A stretch of DNA of 53,590 nt, counting the filler, from Stramenopiles sp. TOSAG23-2 (lineage: Eukaryota), in the NCBI GenBank assembly GCA_900128395.1. It is 3 parts of 3 records of this genome, joined end to end, with 100 filler letters (N's around TTAATTAATTAA, not from the genome) between each part and the next. Parts side by side here need not be neighbours in the genome. Positions count along the whole stretch, not along the records: positions 1 to 17,803 come from LT649624.1; 2 more parts are not named here. One strand, 5' to 3'. Positions 1 to 10,547 of this stretch are shown piece by piece. Each line of letters starts with the position of its first letter. Positions within the stretch are counted from its first letter, which is position 1. The position numbers were made by a program, and so were the translations under genes. Below the pieces are notes generated by a model that was not told the origin of the DNA, did no database searches, and saw nothing but the letters and a program-made list of their open reading frames with translations.

Positions 1-2
1 CA

Positions 3-2045
3 TGCGAAGATACACTGAGTGAGGTAGATCAAAGAAATATTTTCAACAAATGGAAATATTTGCAACATGTTGATTTAGGAAGAAATAATTTAGAATATTT
101 GCCGAAACAAATGTTTAAACAGAATAAATTGATTATGTCTTTAATATTATATGAAAATATGTTAAGGCACGTGCCAGATGGATTACATCATGTATTGTTA
201 CGGGAACTATGGTTAAATGGAAATCGCATTTCAACGGTCGATTTTGGCTCCGATTCGTATACTCCAATGTTAGAAACGTTGCATTTACATGATAACTCCA
301 TTGAAACAATTGTCTTCATGCCAAATGCACCATTTTTGAAACATATTGATCTATCATTTAACAATATTGAAGATTTTAACAATGGATTAGACGTACAAGT
401 ATTGAAAAAATATAAAAATTCATTGGAAAGTTTACGTTTAAATGATAATCCAATATGCGAATTGCCAAATTATCGTTCTGATATTATTAACAGTTTGCCA
501 CATCTAATAGAATTAGATGGAACGCCTGTGACATTAGAAGAAAGGGTATTGGCATCCAAAAATCATCCTAATTATGTAAATGGGGATCAAGTTGAATCGT
601 GGAATAAGATGGATGCATTGTATGATGGTATTGGGCCATTCAATGTTTCTAAATATAATACTATTAATTGGAATCATACATTATTAGATACAACAAATTT
701 GCATAATAATGAACGAAATGCTTTATGGAAATCTCAAAGATTTGAACAAATGTGTATAAATCAACGCCAGGAACGCAATGAATTACTACGGAAAAACAAA
801 TCAGAGCTGATGGCTGCATCGGCATCGAATAAAGTACATTTATCAAATTATCATGATAAATGTGTCCGAGAATTATGTTTAAAACATTTTAAAGAGCATG
901 AATTATTTGATAACAATACTCCATTAATCGCTTTCAAAAAACAATATGATATGGAAGAAAATCACGAAGCGGAAGAAGAAACAGTTATAAGGGAGGCAAA
1001 AGAAGTTGTAGAAAAGCCAAAACAAACTTCACGACCAAAAACAGCTTCAACTATTGCAGCTGTTAAATTTCAAGCATTATATCGTGGTTACGCCGTTCGT
1101 ATTAAAATTAACGACGATGTGAAGGAAGAGGAGGAGGAGGAGGAGGAAGACGACAAGAATATTGTATGCAATGATGAGGAGGATGATGAATTTAAAGAGA
1201 TTGATGTAGACGATTTCTTAGATTTAGATTTTGATAAAGATATCGATGTAAATGAATTTGACTTTATGAAAAATCTTTCAACAACACCACAAAGTGATAC
1301 AGCGCACTCGGTACGAACAGGTGGGTTTATGCATAGTGTTGTGGATGATGACGAGGACGATGATGACACTTACGATAGTAATATGATGCGTAATGATGTG
1401 AATGGCGACGCCGAGGAGGAGGAGGAACAAGAGGAGGATGATGATGAAGATGAAGATGATGATATTCGTTCCGTACAATCTCAACCTGCGCCAACAACGA
1501 TTCCAAATTCAGCACGTGATGCATTTATACAGAAAGAAGTTGAAAAGGTTGCTGATGATTGGGGATTTACAGATCGCCAAGTTGCGCAAGCAATGTTAAA
1601 TAGAAAAATGCGCTTTAACCGTGCAAAGTCTAAGAAAATGAAACAAAAAAGGTTGGAAGATCCTGATTATAAATATCAATTGTTAATGAAGCGTGTAAAA
1701 GCAAACCGTTCATCAACGACGGGGATAATGAGTGGTGGAAGTGAACGAAAGGCGCCAAGACGCAGTCGCAGTAGTGGTGGTGGCAGTCGCAGCAAACCGA
1801 TGGGAAAGCCAGTGAAAAGCCAAGTTGGAAAAGATCGTTTAAATATGCGTCGTAAAAATCGACGTAAAATGCCTGCATGGAAACCTACATTTGGGGAAGA
1901 AGACCAAGGCGGTAGAGCCGTACCAGCACCACCACCAAATACAAAAATGCGTTTAAACAATTGGACAAACAGCAACAATGATTCTGGTGATAATAATAAT
2001 ACTAAAAATAGTCGTAGTAGAAGTATGTTTCCACCGTTAAAATAG
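3..2045 (+). CDS. Leucine-rich repeat + IQ-motif protein (LRRIQ1-like), 5'-truncated
   Basis: The frame is open from base 3. It has LxxLxLxxNxI repeats, an LRRcap-like 'LNDNPICELPNYRSDIINSLPHLIELDG' segment and an IQ motif 'AVKFQALYRGYAVR', followed by acidic and basic low-complexity tails. Confidence 0.8.
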   Translation, partial: CEDTLSEVDQRNIFNKWKYLQHVDLGRNNLEYLPKQMFKQNKLIMSLILYENMLRHVPDGLHHVLLRELWLNGNRISTVDFGSDSYTPMLETLHLHDNSIETIVFMPNAPFLKHIDLSFNNIEDFNNGLDVQVLKKYKNSLESLRLNDNPICELPNYRSDIINSLPHLIELDGTPVTLEERVLASKNHPNYVNGDQVESWNKMDALYDGIGPFNVSKYNTINWNHTLLDTTNLHNNERNALWKSQRFEQMCINQRQERNELLRKNKSELMAASASNKVHLSNYHDKCVRELCLKHFKEHELFDNNTPLIAFKKQYDMEENHEAEEETVIREAKEVVEKPKQTSRPKTASTIAAVKFQALYRGYAVRIKINDDVKEEEEEEEEDDKNIVCNDEEDDEFKEIDVDDFLDLDFDKDIDVNEFDFMKNLSTTPQSDTAHSVRTGGFMHSVVDDDEDDDDTYDSNMMRNDVNGDAEEEEEQEEDDDEDEDDDIRSVQSQPAPTTIPNSARDAFIQKEVEKVADDWGFTDRQVAQAMLNRKMRFNRAKSKKMKQKRLEDPDYKYQLLMKRVKANRSSTTGIMSGGSERKAPRRSRSSGGGSRSKPMGKPVKSQVGKDRLNMRRKNRRKMPAWKPTFGEEDQGGRAVPAPPPNTKMRLNNWTNSNNDSGDNNNTKNSRSRSMFPPLK

Positions 2046-2460
2046 GTGTGGGTTTCGTAATATTAAGATAGTATATTCTTGACGAAGTAGAAAGTACGAA
2101 GTAGAAAAATTTAATAAAAAAAGAGAAAGGTGTGAAGTGTAAAGAGGGTGCGTGTTGTTTAAAAAAAGATCTGATGTGTGTGAATATGTGAATATGGTGT
2201 GAATATGGTGTGATGTGTGATGTGTGATTTTTGGTGATTTTTGCTTTTTTTGTGGGGGTTAAAAATGTTATGTGATATTATAAAATTTTTCATTTCTCCA
2301 TTTTCTCTCTCGGTTTTTAAAAAAACTGACGAATACCAAAACTCGTCGTACTCTTCGTAAAACTTTTGACGCCTTCACTGGGGCCCTCTGCCCTTATATT
2401 ACTCTAAACTCCCTCTCTACCTCACACCTCACACCCCCCTGTCACCTGTCGGTCACTATT

Positions 2461-2950
2461 TTATTTTTTATTACGTAGTCTACGAAGCATTTCCTGCTCT
2501 CGGTCTACTTTATTAGCTAGATCTTGCGCTTTTTTTTTCTCCCTATACGCTGCTCGTGCAGTCCCTCCTAAAACTCCTCGTCTTATTGGATCTTTTTGTT
2601 CCAGTAAATGATTGAATCCATCTGGTGATGCATATGCGTAGAATGTGAAGAGGGGCCTCCAAGGCCTTTCTGCCATAGTTGTTAATATTTGATAACGATG
2701 GGGACGATCAGCAACTTGCACATAAAATTTAGTCGTTCCTCTAACAGGGACATCCCTGGTGTGTGGATTGTATTGATAGATAGGTGGTTTTATTGTTAGT
2801 TTGTTTTTTTTCGTTTGTTTTCATTTCATTTCATAGGTAGATAGAAATGGATTGGTAGATACACATACCAACAATAAAAGTGGTAAATTTCATTCCATAT
2901 AATCGTCTTCTCTTCTTCCTCGTCAACAACATTTGATTTATGAGCTTGTG
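2461..2950 (-). CDS. Hypothetical spliced protein, 5' end unresolved (intron about 2868..2757)
   Basis: On the minus strand a GTATGT donor at 2868, an ACTAAC branch point and a CAG acceptor at ~2757 join ...EEEEKTIIWNEIYHFYCW to DVPVRGTTKFYVQVADRPHRYQ...RLRNKK*. No in-frame ATG was found before an upstream TGA at ~2957. Confidence 0.55.
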
Positions 2951-3462
2951 GTAGTCAGAACATCATGAACACTGGTAATAATAAAAACAATATGGATAGT
3001 ATAATCTTCAATCAAGTTATCGATTTTATAAATCCTGGCATAACAACATTGGTGTCTACTATCATTATTGGTGATTATATATCAATTGATGATGGGTTTG
3101 AATTAATTCAATACAGGGTTGGGTATATATTGAATATACATGGTGGTATCTATTTGAACAATATATTGTTTTTGTCAGAACACACAACACTCAGATTATG
3201 TGTTGGTAATAATGCTGTGCCCATGTAATTCAAGCCAGCAAGCCAATTCCCAACATTGGCAGTATTAATAGTGCTATAGTGTGTGTTTGGACCAATAATA
3301 ATCGACACCGATCTTCCGTTATTTATTTATTATTTATTTGTAATTATTTGTAATATCCCGTTAATAGTCGGTAACATAAATGGATACCAGTTCCATCCCA
3401 AGATCAACAATCGAATTATATATACACCTCACACCCCTTTTCCAACCTTTCATCATCCAACC

Positions 3463-6293
3463 ATGAAAAAATACATGAACATTTTCGTGTTTGTTTTTTA
3501 TTTTTTCTATTTTCTCAATATCATCAACAAGGTAAAATGTCAAGATTATTTTATCAATAATTTTGAAGATATTGAAATTGAAAATGATGGTTGGAGCAAA
3601 TATATTATCGATAATAATAATAATAAAGTATCAATATCGCCACATGGACGTATATCGTGGATTGAAGATCGGGCAAAAGCACGTGCATTGGCAAGAGAAG
3701 GTAATTTTTATCTTGCTAAATCGCAATATATGTACACATTGAGGAAATATCGTTCTTTACGAGAAAGGTCGGTTCACGATATGCATATAGAGCTTGGGCA
3801 ACTATTAGTAATTATTGGTGAACCTGAACAAGCATTAATATCCTTTCAAGAAGCATTATCCTTTCAACCTGAATCTCATATGGCACATTATCATTTAGGA
3901 ATGTTAGCTACGCGTGTTGGTTCATTTCATGATGCAATAAAACATTATAAAAATGCATTATTTTACGACAGTAAACATTGCCAAACATTGCATAATTTAG
4001 GTAGTTTATTATTTTTATCATTACATTTTGAAGAAGCGGAATATTATTTTTTAAATGCACTTGATAAAAATGCATGTGTGACGGCCAAGACGACAGAAGA
4101 GGAAACGGATGTCTCACTAGAAATATTGACACGTAAATTATTGGATCATTTTTTAGGAGCGTTTGTTGCACAGATACAAAATTTAAGCCCTGAAACGAAT
4201 GGTCTTTTGGAACGATATTATCGTCAATTATCAGAGAAGGATAAAAATTTAGTAACAGCAAATATTTTAATACATTGTGGGGAAGCAATGTATCGGCAAG
4301 GATTGGCGGAGGAAAGTGTAAATATGTGGCAAAGTGCATTGGATATCCAAAACGTAGATGCAAGTGGTTTGCAATTACAAGTTGCAATCGCCGTTCCATT
4401 GTATTTGATGTCTAGTACTGATAGTATTGATATTTATGATGAAACCATGGATCGTTTAAATAAATTATTAGATTCAAGCAAATCTATTCGTATACCATAT
4501 CCAGAAATACGTTGTCGTATTAGTACAGTATTGACTTCATTGGAATTTCATTTATCAAATAATAAAAACAATGTAAATCAATACAATGAAATTGCACAAA
4601 AGATTGTAAAATTAATTCGACGCACAACGCCAAGTATGAATTTCATATCTGAACATTTAATTAATTGGCATACTAAGAAAGAAAGAAGAAGACGGATAAA
4701 AACAAATTTATATGTAAAATCATTGAAACAGAAAAATAATGCGGTAGTAAACCTACCAATACCAAAAACAAAAATTGGTTTTGTATCTGGTCGTTTTTAC
4801 TCTGATTCAACAGAATTAAGAATGATATATCGTTTCATCACAGAAACATCTTTTCAATATGGAAATAAATTTTCAAACGACGCGATATTAAAAAAATATC
4901 ACACTACTTTAATTGTATCTGGATACAATAAGAAATACGAAACGGATCAAGCACATATGGAATTAAGACAAGCAGTTGATCGAGTCCTTTTTTTAAGTCC
5001 AAATGTTACAAATGCAAGAGAAACATTGAATAATTATGCACTTGATATTTTAATATTTATCGCACCAACCAAAGACGATCAAATTTATTGGTTATCATAT
5101 GGTCGATATGCACCAGTACAAATTATATATGGTGCAGGTGGTGGTACAACCGGTTTATGTAATAGTATAGATTACTTTTTTGTTAGTGATAAAATGGCAA
5201 ATCAAGATATATATGAAAGTTATAGTGAGCAAATTATTCGTAAGTAGGATTTATAATATACCTATATATATAAATGTATATACACAAATGCAACTAACAA
5301 AATATATATATATATAAAGGTCTACGTGGTCAAAGCATGTCAGTGCCACCAATGTTAGAAAAATCATTACCATTATCTGCAACACCTGGAAATGTGAAAA
5401 AATACAAATATTTAAATGGTGCATTGTTTTTATTTGAAGCGAAAACGTATTATTTAATACCACATGATGTCATGGCAATTTTACATCCAACATTTGATCA
5501 TGTTATACATACTATATTGGAAACTAATTCTCGTGCTGAAATTTTATTTGCAGCACCAAAAGGATTAAATATTGCATATGAGCGTTTAACATCAAGGATA
5601 CGGAAAGGATTGAAAACAAAAAGTAGCAAAGCACGATTACGTTTTTTACCGGCATTAACTCGTACTGAGTTTTTGTCGTTAGTTGCGAGTGTGGATATTG
5701 TATTAGATCCATTTCCAGGTAGTGGCACAGGCCATGTATATCTTTCATCATTGGAATCATTGAAAATTGGAACACCTGTTTTAACATTAGATATGTTGGG
5801 GAATAATGATTATGCACCAACACATAATGCAGTTGCTTCAATGTTGCGAAGTATCGATAGGTGGAGTATTGCAATGAAAAAGATTGGGATTGAGAATGAT
5901 AATAAAGAAGATGGTGATGAGTATCATTATTATGACGAGGAGGAGGGTATTGCAGGGACAGCATTTATTGCAAATGATGTAACAGAATATATCAATTTAG
6001 CATTAAATTTTTCAAAAACATATGCCAATGCAGAGAAGAAAGCAAAGGTAAAAAAATATTTTAGGGCTGGAAGTCATATTTTTTATGATGACATGGCGTT
6101 GTTAAATGATTTCAACAAAGCTATTTTTAAGCTGGCAAATATGGCGATTGATCCTGATGCCATCACCGCTACTACTACTACTAGTAGTAGTAGTATAAGC
6201 TTACCAGAAGAACGAATGGCATATTTCTATTATAAAGAACATGGCCATACAATACCAAAACAGAAAAGAAAACATCGTAAAAGGAAGAAGTGA
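3463..6293 (+). CDS. TPR-containing glycosyltransferase family 41 (SPINDLY/OGT-like) with N-terminal signal peptide; exons 3463-5239 and 5320-6293
   Basis: The ATG at 3463 begins a hydrophobic leader (MKKYMNIFVFVFYFFYFLNIINKVKC), followed by TPR repeats. GT41-like motifs: KIGFVS, LDILIF, RYAPVQ, IDYF, YSEQIIRL, DIVLDPFP, GTPVLTL. Intron 5240-5319 (GTAAGT...ACTAAC...AAG) joins the two ORFs in frame. Confidence 0.8.
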
Positions 6294-6722
6294 GAAGTGT
6301 GAGAGAAAGGTAATTGAATTAATTCGAGAGTACATTTCGAGTATTCGAATCTTGAGTATTTGATCAAAGAGTTATAAAGAAAGTGAGAGAAAGGCATTAA
6401 ATTGGGAAACAAAGTAAAAATTATATTTTCTGCATTACTATTAAGTTTTTATTTTCTAGAGATTTTCATTTTCCCCTTCATATTTTTGATTTTTCATCGC
6501 CTTCCAGCCTTCTTTTTTTACACCTTTTTCCATCAACAAACTCATTAAATTCATTAAATAAACGTTAGAAAATCTAATAGAAAGCGACATAATTAAATTA
6601 ACAATATATATATATATATACATATAAAACAATATGGAGAGAAAGAATAAAAAACAAATACATATTTTTAGATAAGATATTTTAACACATTGTTATATAT
6701 AGACGAATATAGCAAATTAACC

Positions 6723-8086
6723 ATGTACGACATATCAAATACAAAGTACATGTTACGTCGTGTACGTTTATGGAATGCGGCGATGAATGGCGATGTGAAT
6801 GAATTTTTATATCAAATTAATCGTTTTCAACGTGAATCAAATGTCTCTACATCATTAAAAGAATATATAAACAGTAGGAACGAAGCAAATGGACATAATG
6901 CATTGACTTCCGCATGTATTGGTGGACATCTATCCATTATTAAATATTTAATATATTATGGTGCTAATATATATTATCAAGACAAGCGAAAGATGACACC
7001 ATTACATCATTTGGCCATCCATGGACATGGTTCTTGCATTAAATTTATATTGTTAATATGCAACGGTAAAGAAAAACAAAAAGAATTAATCAATGTGAAA
7101 GATTTTAGAGGATTAACCGCGTTGGATTTAGCAGAAGTTGCACAACGCGATTGGATATATGCAAGAGAACGCGTTGATAAAATAGGTAGTTTTTTAAACA
7201 TGACGAAAAGTACAATGAATCAACGATTAATAGCGAATGAAGTAGAATTAGATAATAGATTCATTCATACAATAAGTTTATTAACGAAACCACCAACAAC
7301 AATGAGAAATGCAATATTGAATTCCATATCCATTGTAGAAGAAGAAAATGGCGAAACAGGAAAAAGGAACAAAAAAGGAGAGAAGAAGAACCAAACGAAA
7401 CGTTTAAATCATTTAAATTCATCATTTATGGCAAATCATAAAATTATTCAATTAGTGTTGCCCAATAAAGAGCATCAAAGAATGTTGCAAAATGCATGTA
7501 GACAGTAAATAGCAAAGTCAACACCGTGAGTCAATCAACATCTAGAACAAGTATATTTGCACGTATTATGAATCGTGTTAAATTATCCTTTGATGAGAAA
7601 AAAGTAGAAGAAGAACGAGATATATCACCATATGCAAGTTATATGCATTTAAGCCATGCACCATATGCAAATAGTATACCAATTATAGAAAAGAAGGTAG
7701 CAAAAGTAAAATTATTAACAAAAGATCAAAAAAGGTTAAAAAAGGAGATGATGGCACTTGGAAATATGGGTGGAGATGATGATACCGCTTTGGAAAAAGC
7801 AGAACGTATTTCAAAAGCACAACAAAAAACAAGAGAAGAAAATACATTAAAAGCAAAACAAGAAGCGGAACGGCAAGAAAAGCAAGCAGCAAAATTAAAG
7901 AAACGCGAACAAAGAGAAATGAAGAAGAAGGAACTGATAAAGAAAAAAAAAGCAAAGTTACGAAAAGAAAAGATGAAAGAAGCGTTGAAATTAGAAAATA
8001 AACGTAAACGAAATGCATTGAAATTGAAAAAATCCCAACAACGAGCAATTCGATCAGGTGGCAAAAGTAATAGAAAAAGGAGGTGA
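6723..8086 (+). CDS. Ankyrin-repeat protein with Lys/Glu-rich coiled-coil C-terminus; apparent frameshift near 7502
   Basis: Ankyrin motifs: GHNALTSACIGGH, TPLHHLAIHGH, GLTALDLA. ORF 7526-8086 has no ATG at its start and its frame is open from 7502; a single-base shift fuses the two ORFs. Confidence 0.65.
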
Positions 8087-8290
8087 AGATTCTCTTTATT
8101 GTTCGTACGTTAAAATAATTTTATAGTTTATAGTGCGCGTGTGTGTAGTGTGTAGTAAAACTAAACGGTCTAGAGTGTCTATAGTCTATAGAGATATAAA
8201 AAAGTTTAAATCTATACGCGGATAAGTCGTCCTGGAAGTTGGAAGTCGGAACACACACGACGAAAACAAAAAAACTCAAAAAACAGCGTA

Positions 8291-8483
8291 AAACCCTACA
8301 ATATAACTCTGAAATTCGCAATGTCGCAATGCTGTGTAATGCTATTAACCCTACAATATAACTCTGAAATTCGCAATGTCGCAATGCTGTGTAATGCTAT
8401 TATATTTTACAAACAAAAAAGTGTAAAACCCTACAATATAACTCTGAAATTCGCAATGTCGCAATGCTGTGTAATGCTATTAT
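8291..8483. repeat. Three copies of a ~55-bp unit (AACCCTACAATATAACTCTGAAATTCGCAATGTCGCAATGCTGTGTAATGCTATT)
   Basis: Near-identical copies start at ~8292, ~8348 and ~8427. The third copy follows a ~25-bp spacer. Confidence 0.9.
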
Positions 8484-8927
8484 ATTTTAGCAGGTACATA
8501 CCATTACATCCCACATTAACATTTTTTCAGCGAGGGAAAAATTCAGTTATTAGTAAAAAAAGAAAAAATAATTCAATAGTGTATAGTGTTATTTTTTATG
8601 AAATTTCAAAAAATATATATATATATCGTCGACTACCTTCATCAACATCTTTGTCTATACCATCAATATCCAAGTGAAACAAGAATACAATCAATTTTCT
8701 TGTCATTTTAGCAGGTACATACCATTACATCCCACATTAACATTTTTTCAGCGAGGGAAAAATTCAGTTATTAGTAAAAAAAGAAAAAAAGAAATTCAAT
8801 AGTGTATAGTGTTATTTTTTATGAAATTTCAAAAAATATATAGATATATATCGTCGACTACCTCCATCAACACCTTTGTCTATACCATCAATATCCAAGT
8901 GAAACAAGAATACAATCAATTTTCTTG
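8484..8927. repeat. ~220-bp tandem direct duplication
   Basis: ATTTTAGCAGGTACATACC...CAATCAATTTTCTTGT occurs at ~8484-8702 and ~8705-8927 with a few substitutions and indels. Confidence 0.9.
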
Positions 8928-9026
8928 TTTTTTTTTTTCTCTCTCTCCCCCCTCCCCCTTCCATCTGTTTGAAAACATCGTTTGTTAGTAATATATATAT
9001 ACGACGATATATTATATTATAAAAAT

Positions 9027-9791
9027 ATGGTGACATTTATTAATGGTGATACATGGTTATTAAAACGTAATTGGTATACGACGACAAATACGACAAAACA
9101 AGTTGAAGACGTAACGACGAAACAACAAAATGTTTATTTGCAATATGGTTATTACATTGGATGACCTTCATCAAAAGGTGGTGCGCCACAACCACCTTTT
9201 ACAACCAGTCGAGATAGATTATTGAATCTAGTTGAAACGTTACGTAGTAAACATCCAAATATCAATGTTATTGAAGAAATTGTTACAGATAATATGAAAA
9301 TGAATACGTCTGTACAAATATGTGCAATAGATGGTACACAATTATATGACGTATCAAATATACGTAAGTTGAAAAAACTGAATGAAAAGAAACCTGATAC
9401 GATCGTTCCTGATATCGTCAATAAGATTGTTGAATATTATACGAATAATTTTCAATATACAATGCCAAAAGAGAAGTTGGTTTTTGGTTTTGATGACGAA
9501 GAAGACGAAACGTTTGAATTAAATTTCAATACGTCTAGCAAGGATACTACTACTACTACTACTAATAATGTATTACAAGAAATGAAAAATAATAATAATA
9601 ATAACAACATGAATATTACCAACAATATTGATCAAACGGCAACAACAATGAAATCATCATCTATAAATACAACATCAACATCATCCATGAAGTTAAATTT
9701 CGATGATTTTGATGATTTTGATAATGATAATGTAATCGTTGAAGAACCAAAAAAACAAGCATTTACATTTTCAATGGATGAAGATTTTTAA
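9027..9791 (+). CDS. Putative selenoprotein (Rdx/SelW-like thioredoxin fold), in-frame TGA at 9162-9164
   Basis: ORFs 8982-9164 and 9222-9791 share a frame and are separated only by one TGA. Read-through gives 254 aa with Sec at codon 46. A SECIS-like hairpin lies ~70 nt after the TAA stop. Confidence 0.75.
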
Positions 9792-9862
9792 ATAAATAAA
9801 TAAATAAAATACCAAATGACAAAGAACTGTTCTATATATAATCTTCTCCAAGACATTTTTCT

Positions 9863-9913
9863 ATGACGTAAATATGATTCTATAAAATATAATCATGTAG
9901 AATATTTACCGAG
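9863..9913 (+). promoter_or_regulatory. Candidate type II SECIS element
   Basis: Core ATGAC (9863) pairs with CGAG (9910). Helix II is GTAAATAT[GAT]TCTA / TAGAATATTTAC. Unpaired AAAA at 9884-9887 is followed by a TAT-AATC-ATG mini-stem. Confidence 0.7.
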
Positions 9914-9950
9914 ATACATACATATATTTATATATGAATAATGGAATGTG

Positions 9951-10252
9951 TAAAAAAAAAAATCTTTGTGGCAAAGATTTTAATTTTCTGAATAATTAAT
10001 ATAAAATGATCCGCACAGTCTATTGACATAATTAGTAGTAATGATTAGAAAAGACAGAGAGAACACACTTTGTTGTTTTAGAAACAAATGTATTTTTAAA
10101 ATCAAAACTCGCATTTCGTTTTTTTGTTTGTATGTAATATATATCAACATAACTTGTACGATACTTGTTGTAAGCATTAAAAAATAGAAGAAGAGTAACG
10201 AGCGTGGTTTAAAATGTCCGTATACGTTTTGTAAAACCTGTTTTTAAAACAT
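9951..10252. repeat. Dispersed direct repeat, copy 1 (~300 bp)
   Basis: CTTTGTGGCAAAGATTTTAATTTTCTGAATA...CAGAGAGAACACACTTTGTTGT...AAAAAATAGAAGAAGAGTAA(C/T)GAGCGTGGTTTAAAA is shared with 12239-12514. Confidence 0.85.
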
Positions 10253-10547
10253 ATTGTATTTTGTTTATAATTTATTACATTTTCTCATTGAACTTACCCC
10301 ACTTTGCCCTTTTATAAAAGTAGTTGTAATAAATATTGTGGCGACGAAAGAAAAAAACTGTGAAAATTTTTTTTGTACCTCATATATCACACATACATCA
10401 ACAATTTAATAAACGGCATAGAACAAACTAAGGACGCACATATATATACATATGCGTAATTAGCTTTATTATATAATATTATACGAGTATATATATATGT
10501 ATAATATAGTATAAATTATACTGATAATAAAAAATATAATTGAAAGT

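Noticed and set aside
2900-3060. TGA=Trp alternative genetic code suggested by a TM-like read-through
   Set aside because: TGA is the evident stop of conserved genes in this window (e.g. CWC15, GT41, the oxidoreductase), and Trp is encoded by TGG.
3283-3462. N-terminal extensions from GTG/TTG or upstream starts (also 30590-30718, 38841-38939, 44336-44494)
   Set aside because: They translate low-complexity UTR or intergenic DNA. Downstream ATGs give starts that fit the protein families better.
7683-8064. Hydrophobic antisense ORFs (also 16446-16973, 23191-23649, 49821-50303 and others)
   Set aside because: They are shadows of Lys/Glu/Asn-rich genes on the opposite strand.
8291-8483. CRISPR-like repeat array
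   Set aside because: The units are ~55 bp, two are directly adjacent with no spacer, the context is eukaryotic and there are no cas genes.
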